Part shown: in pieces, positions 54,248-64,000 of the stretch
How positions within the stretch are numbered: position 1 is the first letter of the stretch
Layout of the letters: each line of letters begins with the position of its first letter
Assembly: GCA_913064775.1 (NCBI GenBank)
Contig: CAJYAD010000022.1
Coordinates: 532 to 64,531 of the forward strand
Direction of reading: 5' to 3'
DNA: 64,000 nt
Origin: an uncultured Albidovulum sp.
GTDB lineage: Bacteria > Pseudomonadota > Alphaproteobacteria > Rhodobacterales > Rhodobacteraceae
Position numbers and translations under genes: made by a program
The notes under the pieces: model-generated
The model's database searches: none
Seen by the model: only the letters and a program-made list of their open reading frames with translations
Told to the model about the DNA's origin: nothing

Positions 54248-54925
54248 TCAGTCCTCGAACAGCTCGCTCTGGCCGCCGCCCTGATCCTCTTCCTCGGGCT
54301 CTGCCTCCATACTGCCGCCCATGCCGGAGGGCAGCGCGCGGTTGTCCAGCAGCCCCGCCGCGCGCAGCTCTTTCAGCCCCGGCAGGTCGCGCGCGCTTTC
54401 CAGCCCGAAATGATCGAGGAAATTCTCCGTCACCACGAAGGTCACCGGCCGCCCCGGCGTCATCCGGCGGCGGCCAAAGCGGATCCACTCCAGCTCGATC
54501 AACTGATCGACCGTGCCACGGCTGACGGCGACGCCACGGATCTCTTCGATCTCGGCGCGGGTGCAGGGCTGGTGATAGGCGATGATCGCCAGCGTCTCGA
54601 TCGCGGCGCGGCTAAGCTTGCGGGTCTCGACGGTTTCCTTGTGCAGCAGATGGCCAAGGTCGGGCGCGGTGCGAAAGGCCCAGGCATCGCCCACCTTCAC
54701 CAGCCGCACGCCGCGCCCCTCATAGCGGCGGCGCAACAGCACCAGCGCCTCGGCGGGGTCGGCGCCATGCGGCAGCCGTGCGTCCAGCTCGCGCAGCGTC
54801 ACCGGCTCGGCCGAGGCGAACAGGATCGCCTCGATCATCCGCTCCTGCTCGGCCAGCGGCGGGGCTGCGAACAGGCTTTGCTCGGCCTCTAGGGGCGCCT
54901 CGGTCGGGGTCGCGTCGTTCGTCAC
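54248..54925 (-). CDS. scpB: SMC-Scp complex subunit ScpB
   Basis: IEAILFAS, LSRAAIETLAIIAYHQPCTRAEIEEIRGV, FLDHFGL...DLP. Confidence 0.96.
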   Translation of the reverse strand: MTNDATPTEAPLEAEQSLFAAPPLAEQERMIEAILFASAEPVTLRELDARLPHGADPAEALVLLRRRYEGRGVRLVKVGDAWAFRTAPDLGHLLHKETVETRKLSRAAIETLAIIAYHQPCTRAEIEEIRGVAVSRGTVDQLIELEWIRFGRRRMTPGRPVTFVVTENFLDHFGLESARDLPGLKELRAAGLLDNRALPSGMGGSMEAEPEEEDQGGGQSELFED

Positions 54926-55716
54926 TCGGGCTTCTTCCGTATCTGGATCGGGGCGAAGGTATCACCCTGTCTTACCTCGATCCGGCCCTGCTTGGCGAGT
55001 TCCAGGATCGCGGCGAAATGCGCCGCCGTAGCGGACCGGCGGCGGGTGGGATCGACTTCCCAGCCCTCGGGCAGGTAGCTGATCAGATCGGTCCAGTCGC
55101 CGGCATAGCCGATTAGGCCGCGCATCCGGTCAAGCGCCTGTTCCATGGTGAAGACATGGTCGCGGTCCATCACGAAGGGGCGGAAATCGTCTCGGGTGCG
55201 GATCCTTGCATAGCCCTGCATCAGATCCAGCAGCGTGGCGGTATAGCGCACCACCCGGATGCGCTGAACGTCTTCGGTCAGGCCGCGGGCGAAGAAATCG
55301 CGGCCCTTCTGGTCGCGCGCCATCAGCTGCGCCGCGGCCTCGCGCATGGCTTGCAGACGCTCCAGCTGGAACGCCAGATGGGCGGCCAGATCCTCGGCCG
55401 AGGGGCCGTCGTCTTGCGGATCGGGGGGCAGCAGCAGGCGCGATTTCAGATAGGCAAGCCAGGCCGCCATCACCAGATAATCCGCTGCAAGTTCGATCCG
55501 CAACACCTTGGCCTTGTTCACGAAAACAAGGTATTGCTCGGCCAGTTGCAGAACCGAGATCTTGCGCAGATCCACCTTCTGCGTGCGCGACAGCGTCAGC
55601 AAAAGGTCCAAGGGCCCCTCGAACCCGTCGACATCGACGATCAGCGCCTCGGCGGCCAGCCGGGCGGCGACGCTGTTGTCATCGGTCTCGCTGTCGCTCC
55701 AGTCGCTGTCAGACAT
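54922..55716 (-). CDS. scpA: SMC-Scp complex subunit ScpA
   Basis: FEGPLDLLLTL, AADYLVMAAWLAYLKSRLLLP, F.A.LELAKQG. Confidence 0.96.
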   Translation of the reverse strand: MSDSDWSDSETDDNSVAARLAAEALIVDVDGFEGPLDLLLTLSRTQKVDLRKISVLQLAEQYLVFVNKAKVLRIELAADYLVMAAWLAYLKSRLLLPPDPQDDGPSAEDLAAHLAFQLERLQAMREAAAQLMARDQKGRDFFARGLTEDVQRIRVVRYTATLLDLMQGYARIRTRDDFRPFVMDRDHVFTMEQALDRMRGLIGYAGDWTDLISYLPEGWEVDPTRRRSATAAHFAAILELAKQGRIEVRQGDTFAPIQIRKKPE

Positions 55717-56722
55717 GCTCCGGCCCGCTCAGAAGGGCCTCAAGTTCGGCTTCCAGCGCGCCAATGTCAATCGGATCGGGCAGATGGCGGCGAGAGAGCG
55801 CTGCGGCCGCGCGGTCTGCGGCCGCAGCGGTCATCGGCCCGAGCGCGGCGGCCACGGCCTGCATCTCATCAAGCTTGCCGTTGCAATGCAGCGCGATATC
55901 GCAACCCGCCGCGACCGCGCAGGTGGCGCGATGGGCGATGTCGCCCGAAAGCGCCTCCATCGACAGATCGTCGCTGAGCAGCAGCCCGTGAAAGCCGATC
56001 TCTTGCCGGATCGCGTCGATCACGGCGGCGGATTGGGTGGCGGGCGACACCGGGTCGTAGGCGGCAAAGATCACATGGGCGCTCATCCCCATCGGCAGGT
56101 CGGCAAGCGCTCGGAACGGGGCAAAGTCGGTTTGGCGCAGGGTCTCGGCATCCGCGCCGACCACCGGCAGGTTCAGATGGGTGTCGGCATTGCCGCGCCC
56201 ATGGCCGGGCAGATGTTTCATCACCGGCAGCACACCGCCGTCAAGGCAGCCCTCGGCCACCGCGCGGGCGATGGCGACGACACGCGCCACCTGTGAGCCG
56301 TAGCAGCGATAGTCGAGGAACGGATGGGTCTGATCGCCGGCCAGATCGGCGACCGGGGCGCAATTGGTGTCGATGCCGACGGCGCGCATCTCATGCGCCA
56401 TCAGCCGGTGGCGCAGATACATCGAACGCGCGGCCCGGGCGGGTCCGGCGCGGGTGATCTGGTCGCGCGCATCGTCCCAGCGGCGCCAATGCGGCGGGCG
56501 CAGGCGCTGAACGCGGCCGCCTTCCTGATCGATCATCACCGGCGCGTCGCGGCTGAGGCTGTCGCGCAGATCGGCGGTCAGCCGGCGCAGCTGCGCGGGA
56601 TCCTCGATATTGCGGGCGAAGAGGATGAAGCCCCAGGGGTCGGCGTCGCGAAAGAAGGCGCGTTCGCGCGCCGAGAGGACCGGCCCCTCGCAGCCCAGCA
56701 CATAGGCTCCTGCGGCGGCCAT
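55709..56722 (-). CDS. nagZ: Beta-N-acetylhexosaminidase (GH3)
   Basis: IDQEGGRVQR, KHLPGHG...DTH, SDDLSM. Confidence 0.94.
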   Translation of the reverse strand: MAAAGAYVLGCEGPVLSARERAFFRDADPWGFILFARNIEDPAQLRRLTADLRDSLSRDAPVMIDQEGGRVQRLRPPHWRRWDDARDQITRAGPARAARSMYLRHRLMAHEMRAVGIDTNCAPVADLAGDQTHPFLDYRCYGSQVARVVAIARAVAEGCLDGGVLPVMKHLPGHGRGNADTHLNLPVVGADAETLRQTDFAPFRALADLPMGMSAHVIFAAYDPVSPATQSAAVIDAIRQEIGFHGLLLSDDLSMEALSGDIAHRATCAVAAGCDIALHCNGKLDEMQAVAAALGPMTAAAADRAAAALSRRHLPDPIDIGALEAELEALLSGPEHV

Positions 56723-57660
56723 CAGCGGATCGTGACCGGAATGCAGCCGGCGTTCTGGGACTGCAACGCGGCGCAGAAGGCGCGGGCATCGGATTCGGCA
56801 TCAAAGCCCGCCGCGCGCAGCCGGTAGAACACCCGCCCGCCGCTTTCGGCCTTCTGGATCACCTGGCCGTGCTTGTCCATCAGCGGGCCGAACTGGGTCA
56901 CGATCCCGTCCCAGGCCTGCTGGGCCGAGGCCACGCTGGGATAGGCGCCAAGCTGCACCAGCCGCATGCCCGGGCGCAGGCTGGCGGGGTCGATCGACAC
57001 CGTCTTGGGCTGCGCCGGGGGCTGGTCGATCGGCATGGTCACGCCCGAGGGCCGCAACATAGGCCGGATCGAGCTGCGCACCGCCTGAGCCGTGCCGCCG
57101 GTGACCGACTGGGGGCCTTCGCCGGTGACCGCCTCGGTCGCGGCGCGGGCGGCGGCGAGGGCCACCTCGACCGGGTCCATGGGGGCAGCATCGGCCGTGG
57201 GGGCGGTTGCGGCATCGGCGCCCGAAGCCTGCGTTCCGGCATCCGGCGCCGGGTTCGGGTTCAGGTTCGGGCTCGGCACATCGGCTGCAGCGTGGCTGGC
57301 GGTGACGGCCTCAGGTGCGGCGTCATGGGGTGACAGCTGCACCGGGCTGGGCGCCAGCACCACGCGGTCCGGCGGTGGCGGCAGCGGCTCATCCGCGGCG
57401 ACGGCATTGACGGCCAGACCCACATTGCGGGCGATCTGCCCACCGGGATCCTCGGGCGCCACCCGCATCGGGCCCTTCAGCGCCTTGATCACCGGCACGC
57501 CGGCGGCGTCGCGGCGCACCAGATGGTAGCCCCAGACCCCGACGCCGATGATCAGCGCCAGCGACGTGACCGCACCGGCGATGTTGATATAGCCCTGCAG
57601 CGGGCTCGGCTGCACGCCGGAGTCCGCCCGTCCTTGTCGACCGAATTCGATCTCCGCCAT
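56722..57660 (-). CDS. SPOR-domain membrane protein
   Basis: N-terminal TM helix, PVIKA..GPMRVAPEDPGG, C-terminal VQLGAY...YRLRAAGF...C...C SPOR domain. Confidence 0.88.
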   Translation of the reverse strand: MAEIEFGRQGRADSGVQPSPLQGYINIAGAVTSLALIIGVGVWGYHLVRRDAAGVPVIKALKGPMRVAPEDPGGQIARNVGLAVNAVAADEPLPPPPDRVVLAPSPVQLSPHDAAPEAVTASHAAADVPSPNLNPNPAPDAGTQASGADAATAPTADAAPMDPVEVALAAARAATEAVTGEGPQSVTGGTAQAVRSSIRPMLRPSGVTMPIDQPPAQPKTVSIDPASLRPGMRLVQLGAYPSVASAQQAWDGIVTQFGPLMDKHGQVIQKAESGGRVFYRLRAAGFDAESDARAFCAALQSQNAGCIPVTIR

Positions 57661-57733
57661 GCTCTGCTCTGCCTCATGGCACCGCTTTCACGGGGCCGTC
57701 TTGCCTGCGTCGCACCGGCGGAGCGCCTGTTTT

Positions 57734-59479
57734 TCAGCGCATTTCCTCGACCGGCGTAACCCCAAGGATAGCAAGACCGGCGGAAATGACAACCGCGACC
57801 GCCCGGGCAAGGGCGATTTTCGCCTGTGTCGCGGCAACATCGCCCTCCTGGACGAAGCGCAAAGCGGTTTCGTCGTTGCCCTTGGTCCAGTGGCTGTGCA
57901 GGTCCGAGGCCAGATCATACAGGTAGAAAGCCACGCGGTGGGGTTCGTGCCCGCGCGCGGCGATCTCGACCAGCCGGGGCCATTCGGCGACCTTGCGCGC
58001 CAGTTCCAGCTCAGCCGGATGGGTCAGCGTGTCGATCCCCGCCCCCGCCAGCGCCGCGTCGGAGGTGTCGACCCCCATCTCGGCCGCGCGGCGCAGCACC
58101 GAACAGATCCGGGCATGGGCGTATTGGACGTAGAAGACCGGGTTGTCCTTCGACTGCTCCAGCACGCGCGCGAAATCGAAATCCAGCGGCGCGTCGTTCT
58201 TGCGGGTCAGCATGACGAAGCGGGTGACATCGGCGCCGGCCTGTTCGACCACGTCGCGCAGCGTGACGAAGGTGCCCGCGCGCTTCGACATCTTGAAAGG
58301 CTCGCCGTTCTTGTAAAGCTTCACCAGCTGGATCAGCTTGATGTCCAGCGGAACGCGGCCCTCGGACAGCGCCGACACCGCCGCCTTCATCCGCTTCACA
58401 TAGCCGCCGTGATCGGCGCCGAAGATGTCGATGAGCTGGTCAAAGCCGCGCTCCACCTTGTCGTAATGGTAGGCGATGTCGGGGGCGAAATAGGTCCAGG
58501 CGCCATCGGATTTCTTGATCGGGCGGTCGACATCGTCGCCATGCGCGGTGGACCGGAACAGGGTTTGTTCGCGCGGCTCCCAATCCTCGGGAGTCTTGCC
58601 CTTGGGGGGTTCCAGCGTGCCGCGGTAGATCAGGCCCTTTGCCTCGAGGCTGGCAATCGCCTTCTCGATCAGCCCGGTGCCATACAGGGATTTCTCCGAG
58701 AAATAGACATCCATCTTGACGCCCAGCATCGCCAGATCGTCGCGGATCATCGCCATCATCGCCTGGGTCGAGAATTCGCGCAGATCCTCCAGCCAATCGG
58801 CCTCGGGGCGGTTCAGCAGGCTCTCGCCGTATTTCTCCTTCAGCGCCTGACCCACCGGGATCAAGTAATCGCCGGGATACAGGCCCTCGGCGATCTCGGG
58901 GCTCAGCCCGCAGGCCTCGCGGTAGCGTTCATAGGCCGAGCGCGCCAGCACATCAACCTGACCGCCGCCGTCGTTGATGTAATATTCGCGCGTGACCTGA
59001 TAGCCCGCCACATCCAGAAGCCGCGCCAGCGCATCGCCGAAGACCGCGCCCCGGGTATGGCCGACATGCATCGGCCCGGTGGGGTTGGCCGAGACGAATT
59101 CCACATTCACCTTCGCCCCCTGCCCCAGGGTCGAGCGGCCATAACCCGCCCCCTGGGTCAGCACGGCGCGGATCACATCATGCCACGCCGCCGCCGCCAG
59201 CCGCAGGTTCAAAAAGCCCGGACCCGCGACCTCGGCGCTCTCGATCCGGGGATCGGCGGCCAGCTTGGCGGCCAGCGCCTCGGCGATGTCGCGCGGCTTC
59301 ATCCCGGCGGGCTTGGCCAGCACCATCGCGGCATTGGTCGCCATGTCGCCATGGGCGGGGTCGCGGGGCGGCTCGGCGGTGACGTTGGCGGTGTCGAGGC
59401 CGGCGGGCAACGCGCCCTCGGCCACCATCGCGTCGAGCGCGGCGATCACCTGGTCGCGGATCTGGGAAAAGAGGTTCAT
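57734..59479 (-). CDS. argS: Arginine--tRNA ligase
   Basis: [46 protein letters not shown]. Confidence 0.98.
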   Translation of the reverse strand: MNLFSQIRDQVIAALDAMVAEGALPAGLDTANVTAEPPRDPAHGDMATNAAMVLAKPAGMKPRDIAEALAAKLAADPRIESAEVAGPGFLNLRLAAAAWHDVIRAVLTQGAGYGRSTLGQGAKVNVEFVSANPTGPMHVGHTRGAVFGDALARLLDVAGYQVTREYYINDGGGQVDVLARSAYERYREACGLSPEIAEGLYPGDYLIPVGQALKEKYGESLLNRPEADWLEDLREFSTQAMMAMIRDDLAMLGVKMDVYFSEKSLYGTGLIEKAIASLEAKGLIYRGTLEPPKGKTPEDWEPREQTLFRSTAHGDDVDRPIKKSDGAWTYFAPDIAYHYDKVERGFDQLIDIFGADHGGYVKRMKAAVSALSEGRVPLDIKLIQLVKLYKNGEPFKMSKRAGTFVTLRDVVEQAGADVTRFVMLTRKNDAPLDFDFARVLEQSKDNPVFYVQYAHARICSVLRRAAEMGVDTSDAALAGAGIDTLTHPAELELARKVAEWPRLVEIAARGHEPHRVAFYLYDLASDLHSHWTKGNDETALRFVQEGDVAATQAKIALARAVAVVISAGLAILGVTPVEEMR

Positions 59480-59503
59480 CAGTTCATCCTTGCGTTGGCC
59501 CGG

Positions 59504-59531
59504 GGTTTACCACGCGCAAGGGCCGCGTCAA
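59504..59531 (-). promoter_or_regulatory. Sigma70-type promoter of argS
   Basis: TTGACG-N16-TAAACC, 24 nt upstream of the ATG. Confidence 0.5.
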
Positions 59532-59550
59532 TGCGGCGCGCCCCCCGGCG

Positions 59551-59678
59551 GGCGTATTTGAGGAACAATGAAAGGCGTTTTGCGGCCCCCCAAGGTCCGG
59601 CCACGGGTGCCGGACGGCAGCCACATCGCCCCGAGCACCCGGTGCCCACCTGCCCTTTCATTGTTCCTCAAATACGCC
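59551..59678. repeat. Inverted doublet of the 25-bp short REP (copies J and K)
   Basis: GGCGTATTTGAGGAACAATGAAAGG at 59551-59575 and its perfect reverse complement at 59654-59678, with a 78-bp spacer. Confidence 0.87.
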
Positions 59679-59700
59679 GGCGGCGCGCGCCAGATGCGCC

Positions 59701-61536
59701 TTAACCCGGCAGCGACGCGCCCTCCCCGGCGGGGGGCGCGGTTGGCCCTTCGGGTGGCAGCATCGCGATCAGGCGGGTGCCGGGGGCGGATTTCACCTCG
59801 GCGTCGGAGGCCACGAAACGCAGCCGCCCGCCCGGCCCGATCCAGCCCAGAAGCACCGCGTCGGGGCGTTTCTCGCGCCAGTCGGGATAGCCGAATTCCT
59901 CGGTCAGGCGGGTGGCGCCGATGGTCCAGCCGTCGATCATGCGCTGCTCCAGCGCCTCGGCGGTCTCGGAGGGTCCGAAGCCGCGCCCGCCCAGGGTCGA
60001 GGGCAGTGCGTGGCGGGCGTTGTCCTCGCGCTCGCGCGCGGTCTGGTAGACGTTGTCGCGGCCGAATTCGGGGCCGAGGTCGGTGGCGACGAGGGTGTTG
60101 TAGGCGTCGTTGTCGGTGGCGGCGATGGCGGTGCCAAAGGCCACCAGTTCGACCGAATGCTCGGCCGCCTCGGACAGGATATCGCCCATGAACACCGCAA
60201 GGCCGGCGCGGCGGGCACGGCGCAGGCGCATGTGGTTGGGATCGGCCACCAGCACCGGAAGTTCCAGCTTTGCCAGCGCCTCGGCCAGCGCCACGCCCCA
60301 GCGCGAGGCGCCGATCACCAGCACCCCGGGCATGCCGCCGCCCAGCCCCAGCACCTGTGCCAGCGGCTTGAGCGCAAAGCCGTGCAACACCACCGTCACC
60401 GCCACCAGCACGAAGGCCAGCGGCCCCAGCAGCGTCCCGTCATCCACCCCCAGCGCATCCAACCGCGCGCCGAACAGCGCCGCCACCGCGACCAGCACGA
60501 TGCCGCGCGGCGCGGTCAGCGCGATCAGCGCGCGCTCCCGCCAGGGCACGGGGCTGCCGGCCAGGGCGACGCTAACGCTCAGCGGCCGCACCACTAGGAT
60601 CACCACCGCCACGAAGGCCCAGGCGCGCCAGTCCAGCGCCGCGATCCGCCCCAGATCCAGCGAGGCCGCCATCAGGATGAACACCCCCGACACCAGCAGC
60701 ACCGTCGCATGTTCCTTGAAGCGGCGCAGCTCGTCATAAGACGGCAGCCCCGCATTGGCGATCCACACGCCCATCACCGTGACCGCCAGCAGCCCGCTTT
60801 CATGCAGCACCGCATCCGAGGCCGCGAACACCACCAGCAGCACCGCAAACAGCACCGGCACCTTCATGTATTCGGGCACCCTGCCCGCCTGGAAGCCGCG
60901 CGCCAGCGCCCAGCCCGCCGCCGCGCCCAGCAAACCGGCCACCGCGATGCCCAGGGCGAAATCGCCGACCGCCGCCAGCGGCGAGGTGGCGGTGGCGGCG
61001 ACCAGCACCACCTCGAAGGCCAGCACGGCGGCCAGCGCGCCCAGCGGGTCGCCGACGATCGCCTCCCATTGCAAAAGCGCCGCGGGCCGGCGCGGCAGCC
61101 GCGCCTGGCGCAGCAGCGGCGCGATCACCGTGGGGCCGGTGACGATCATGATGCCGCCGAACACCGAAGCGCTGGCCCAGCCAAGCCCGGCGACGAAATG
61201 CAGCGCCAGCGCCGACAGCAGCCAGCCCACCGGCGCGCCCAGATAGATCAGCCGCCGCACCCCCACGCGCGCATCGCCCAGCTTGGCGAAATCGAGGCTC
61301 AGCCCGCCCTCGAACAGGATCACCGCGACGGCCAGCTGAATCATCGGCCCCATCAGGTCGCCGAACACATGGGCGGGATCGAACAGGCCCGCGACCGGAC
61401 CCACAAGCACCCCGGCGGCCAGCATCAGCACGATCGCCGGCATATGCAGCCGCCAGGCCAGCCATTGCGCGCCGACCCCCAGCGCGCCGACCAGCGCAAA
61501 AGCCCCGACCGGACCCAGCGCGCCAGCCTCGGCCAT
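59701..61536 (-). CDS. CPA1/NhaP-type sodium:proton antiporter with C-terminal Rossmann-like domain
   Basis: ILFEGGL, TGPTVI, EAIVGDP, ESGLLAVTVMG, PRGIV and cytoplasmic VIGAS...GDIL. Start moved to ATG 61536. Confidence 0.9.
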   Translation of the reverse strand: MAEAGALGPVGAFALVGALGVGAQWLAWRLHMPAIVLMLAAGVLVGPVAGLFDPAHVFGDLMGPMIQLAVAVILFEGGLSLDFAKLGDARVGVRRLIYLGAPVGWLLSALALHFVAGLGWASASVFGGIMIVTGPTVIAPLLRQARLPRRPAALLQWEAIVGDPLGALAAVLAFEVVLVAATATSPLAAVGDFALGIAVAGLLGAAAGWALARGFQAGRVPEYMKVPVLFAVLLVVFAASDAVLHESGLLAVTVMGVWIANAGLPSYDELRRFKEHATVLLVSGVFILMAASLDLGRIAALDWRAWAFVAVVILVVRPLSVSVALAGSPVPWRERALIALTAPRGIVLVAVAALFGARLDALGVDDGTLLGPLAFVLVAVTVVLHGFALKPLAQVLGLGGGMPGVLVIGASRWGVALAEALAKLELPVLVADPNHMRLRRARRAGLAVFMGDILSEAAEHSVELVAFGTAIAATDNDAYNTLVATDLGPEFGRDNVYQTAREREDNARHALPSTLGGRGFGPSETAEALEQRMIDGWTIGATRLTEEFGYPDWREKRPDAVLLGWIGPGGRLRFVASDAEVKSAPGTRLIAMLPPEGPTAPPAGEGASLPG

Positions 61537-61541
61537 GACGC

Positions 61542-62687
61542 TCAATCGGTTGCCCCGGTCAGCCGGGCATGTTCGGCCAGCGCGAAGCGGTCGGTCATGC
61601 CCGAGACGTAATCCAGCACGATCCGCGCCAGCGCGGTCTCGTCCCGCGCCTCGGCCACGTCCTGGCGCCATTCGGCCGGTAGAAGTGCCGGATCTGACAT
61701 GTAAAGCGGAAAAAGGTCATTGATCACAGCCGTTACGCGGCGACGTTCTTTTACCACAGAAGGGGCGCGGTACATCCGCTTGAAAAGGAAAGATTTCACC
61801 GCCTTGAGGTCCTGATAGAGCGGCTTCGAGAAGCGGATCACCGAGGTCCCCATGTCGCGGATCTCGGCCACGCTTTGGGGTTGCGCCGCCTCCAGCCGCT
61901 GGCGCGCCACCTGGATCACGTCCTCGACCATCACCCCGAAGACCCGGCGCAGCGCCTCGTGGCGGCGGCGCATCGGCTCCAGCCCCGGGTAAAGCGCGTC
62001 GACCGCCTCGAAGGCCGGGCGGGTCACCGGCAGCTCCATCAGGTCGTCCTCGGTGAACAGGCCCGAGCGCAGGCCATCATGCAGATCATGGTGGTTGTAG
62101 GCCACGTCATCGGCCACCGCAGCCACCTGGGCCTCGGCGCTGGCATGGGTGGCCAGTTCCAGATCATACTCGCGGTTCACTGCCTCCAGCGCGTAGGGAT
62201 AGGGCGGCAGCACCGGGCCGTTGTGTTTGGCGATGCCTTCCAGCGTCTCCCATGTCAGGTTCAGCCCGTCGAAATCAGCATAGTGCTTTTCCAGCCGGGT
62301 GACGATGCGCAAGGCCTGGGCATTGTGATCGAAGCCGCCAAAGGGCGCCATCAGCAGCGCCAGCGCGTCCTCTCCGGTATGGCCGAAGGGCGGGTGGCCC
62401 AGATCATGGGCCAGCGCCACGGCCTCGGCCAGATCGGTGTTCAGGCCCAGCGTGCCGGCGATGGTGCGCGCGACTTGCGCCACCTCGATCGTGTGGGTCA
62501 GCCGGGTGCGATAGTAATCACCCTCATGTTCCACGAAGACCTGGGTCTTGTGCTTCAGCCGCCGGAAGGCCGAGGAATGGATAATCCGGTCGCGGTCGCG
62601 CTGGAACGCGGTGCGAAAGGTCGAATAGCTTTCGGGGAAGCGACGCCCCCGGAAGTCTTCGGGGTGGCACGCATAAGGCGCGAGCAT
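61542..62687 (-). CDS. dgt: Deoxyguanosinetriphosphate triphosphohydrolase (HD domain)
   Basis: FQRDRDRIIHS.AFRRLKHKTQVF, RLTHT, HDLGHPPFGHTGE, DYVSGMTDRFA. Start moved to ATG 62687. Confidence 0.95.
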   Translation of the reverse strand: MLAPYACHPEDFRGRRFPESYSTFRTAFQRDRDRIIHSSAFRRLKHKTQVFVEHEGDYYRTRLTHTIEVAQVARTIAGTLGLNTDLAEAVALAHDLGHPPFGHTGEDALALLMAPFGGFDHNAQALRIVTRLEKHYADFDGLNLTWETLEGIAKHNGPVLPPYPYALEAVNREYDLELATHASAEAQVAAVADDVAYNHHDLHDGLRSGLFTEDDLMELPVTRPAFEAVDALYPGLEPMRRRHEALRRVFGVMVEDVIQVARQRLEAAQPQSVAEIRDMGTSVIRFSKPLYQDLKAVKSFLFKRMYRAPSVVKERRRVTAVINDLFPLYMSDPALLPAEWRQDVAEARDETALARIVLDYVSGMTDRFALAEHARLTGATD

Positions 62688-62762
62688 ATTCCTGCCTGTT
62701 CTTGTCGGGTCCATGCCGGACCTCTATATGTGATGGGTGACCAGAATGAAACGGTTCTTGAA

Positions 62763-63104
62763 ATGAGTCTGAATTTGCCCCCCCAAGTGACCGACCGTGC
62801 CTTTGCGCGGCTGGCCGAGATTGCCGCCGAAGCCACTGAAGCCAACGGCCCCAAGGCGCTGCGCGTTGCGGTGGAGGGCGGCGGTTGTTCGGGGTTCCAG
62901 TACGATATTCGCCTGGATGAGCCCGCCGAGGACGATCTGGTGCTGGAGAAGAACGGCAGCAAGGTGCTGGTCGACGCCGTGTCGCTGCCCTTTCTTTCGA
63001 ATGCGGTGATCGATTTTTCCGACGATCTGATCGGCGCGCGATTCGTGGTGGAAAACCCCAACGCGACCTCGTCCTGCGGCTGCGGCACCTCGTTTTCGAT
63101 GTGA
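62763..63104 (+). CDS. erpA: A-type Fe-S cluster carrier (HesB/IscA/ErpA family)
   Basis: VEGGGCSGFQY and NPNATSSCGCGTSF; divergent from dgt. Start moved to ATG 62763. Confidence 0.9.
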   Translation: MSLNLPPQVTDRAFARLAEIAAEATEANGPKALRVAVEGGGCSGFQYDIRLDEPAEDDLVLEKNGSKVLVDAVSLPFLSNAVIDFSDDLIGARFVVENPNATSSCGCGTSFSM

Positions 63105-63172
63105 GCGGCATCCGGATCGTGACGGCCAGACACCCCCCTGCCCGGGGCCCGGTCGTTGCGCATGCGTGCCCG

Positions 63173-64000
63173 TCACAGCCGTGGCGGCGCGGCTGCGCTT
63201 GAGCGCAACCCCACGGGACGCAGCGCCGCGCCACCCTCCGACCTCGGCGTCGAAGTCGCCGCGGTGGCGAGGCGCAGCTGCTCGGCCCGCTGACCGCCGA
63301 AGGTGACGTAGAATCCCGCCACCGTCACGATCGCCGCGCCGATATAGATGCCATGGTCAGGCATGTCGCCGAAGACGACGTATCCCAGCCCCAGAAGCGC
63401 GAAGAATTGCAGGTTCACCACCGGCGTCACCACCATCGCCGGCGCCCGCGAAAACGCCGCCGCCAGCGCCATCTTGCCCAGCAGGAACCCCAGCCCGAAG
63501 GTGATGGTCAGCGCGATCTGCGACAGGCTCATCGGCACCAACTGCCCCGGCAGCGCCAGCCCCATGATCAGCGCCAGCGCCAGCTGCGGATAGAAGACCA
63601 GCGCCGCGGCATTGCGCTCATGCCGGCCGATCAGCCGCGCCATCGTCAGCGACAGCGCGCCGAACAGGCTGCCCGCCAGCGCGAAGCCGCCCCACAGCAA
63701 GTGCCCGCTGCCCGGCATCGGCATCGCCAGCGCAACCCCCAGCGTCGAGGCCGCCAGCGCCAGCCAATGCCGCGGCGCCACCGGTTCCCCCAGCAGCGGA
63801 CCCGACATCAGCCCGGCAAAAATCGGCAGGGTCGAGGCGAAGACGAACACCTCGGTCAGTTGCAGGTTCTTGTAGGCCAGGAAGAAGCAGACCGCCGCCG
63901 CCACAGCGCTAAGCGCGCGCAGCGCCATCGGGCCCGGAAAGGCGGTGCGCAGCCCGCCCCCGCCGAACCGGCCACCACGGCTAAGCGCCCAGGCCCCGAC
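63173..64000 (-). CDS. DMT/EamA family transporter, 5' end outside window
   Basis: Multiple TM helices, LGEPV, YVVFGDMPD; frame stays open to the window edge. Confidence 0.85.
   Translation of the reverse strand, partial: VGAWALSRGGRFGGGGLRTAFPGPMALRALSAVAAAVCFFLAYKNLQLTEVFVFASTLPIFAGLMSGPLLGEPVAPRHWLALAASTLGVALAMPMPGSGHLLWGGFALAGSLFGALSLTMARLIGRHERNAAALVFYPQLALALIMGLALPGQLVPMSLSQIALTITFGLGFLLGKMALAAAFSRAPAMVVTPVVNLQFFALLGLGYVVFGDMPDHGIYIGAAIVTVAGFYVTFGGQRAEQLRLATAATSTPRSEGGAALRPVGLRSSAAAPPRL

Overview
High-GC alphaproteobacterial chromosome segment whose gene content and order are typical of Rhodobacteraceae. The left edge (1-1350) is the end of an element integrated at tRNA-Ser(GGA), carrying a large serine recombinase broken by a 4-bp duplication. 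The rest is mostly core or semi-accessory genes: kup, alaX, an MscS channel, cysK, two cyclophilins, a CueR-type copA-copZ-glutaredoxin operon, a form II cox (SLM) molybdenum hydroxylase cluster with accessory genes, LysR/glutaryl-CoA dehydrogenase, a four-gene glycosyltransferase cluster, a urease operon with two inserted small genes, frmA, purMN, tRNA-Ile2 and tRNA-Met, a monooxygenase-CbiX pair, dksA, MoxR, ABC-F, an OlsB-like gene, bamE, yceD-rpmF-plsX-fabH-ihfA-merR-tRNA-Pro-dcd, scpAB-nagZ-SPOR-argS, NhaP, dgt, erpA and a partial DMT transporter. The best non-coding candidate is an unannotated sRNA of about 120 nt (18741-18860, minus strand) inside the cox cluster. It sits behind a perfect FNR box, has two CCUCCC anti-Shine-Dalgarno loops and an intrinsic terminator, and its loops are complementary to the coxS and coxL ribosome-binding sites. 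The second main signal is a dense set of modular REP/REPIN-like intergenic repeats: seven long copies, four 25-bp copies and a separate inverted doublet, two of which share an identical 77-bp payload bounded by 10-bp inverted repeats. Where I moved a start codon from the ORF track, the evidence field says so. No database searches were run; family assignments come from recognised motifs.
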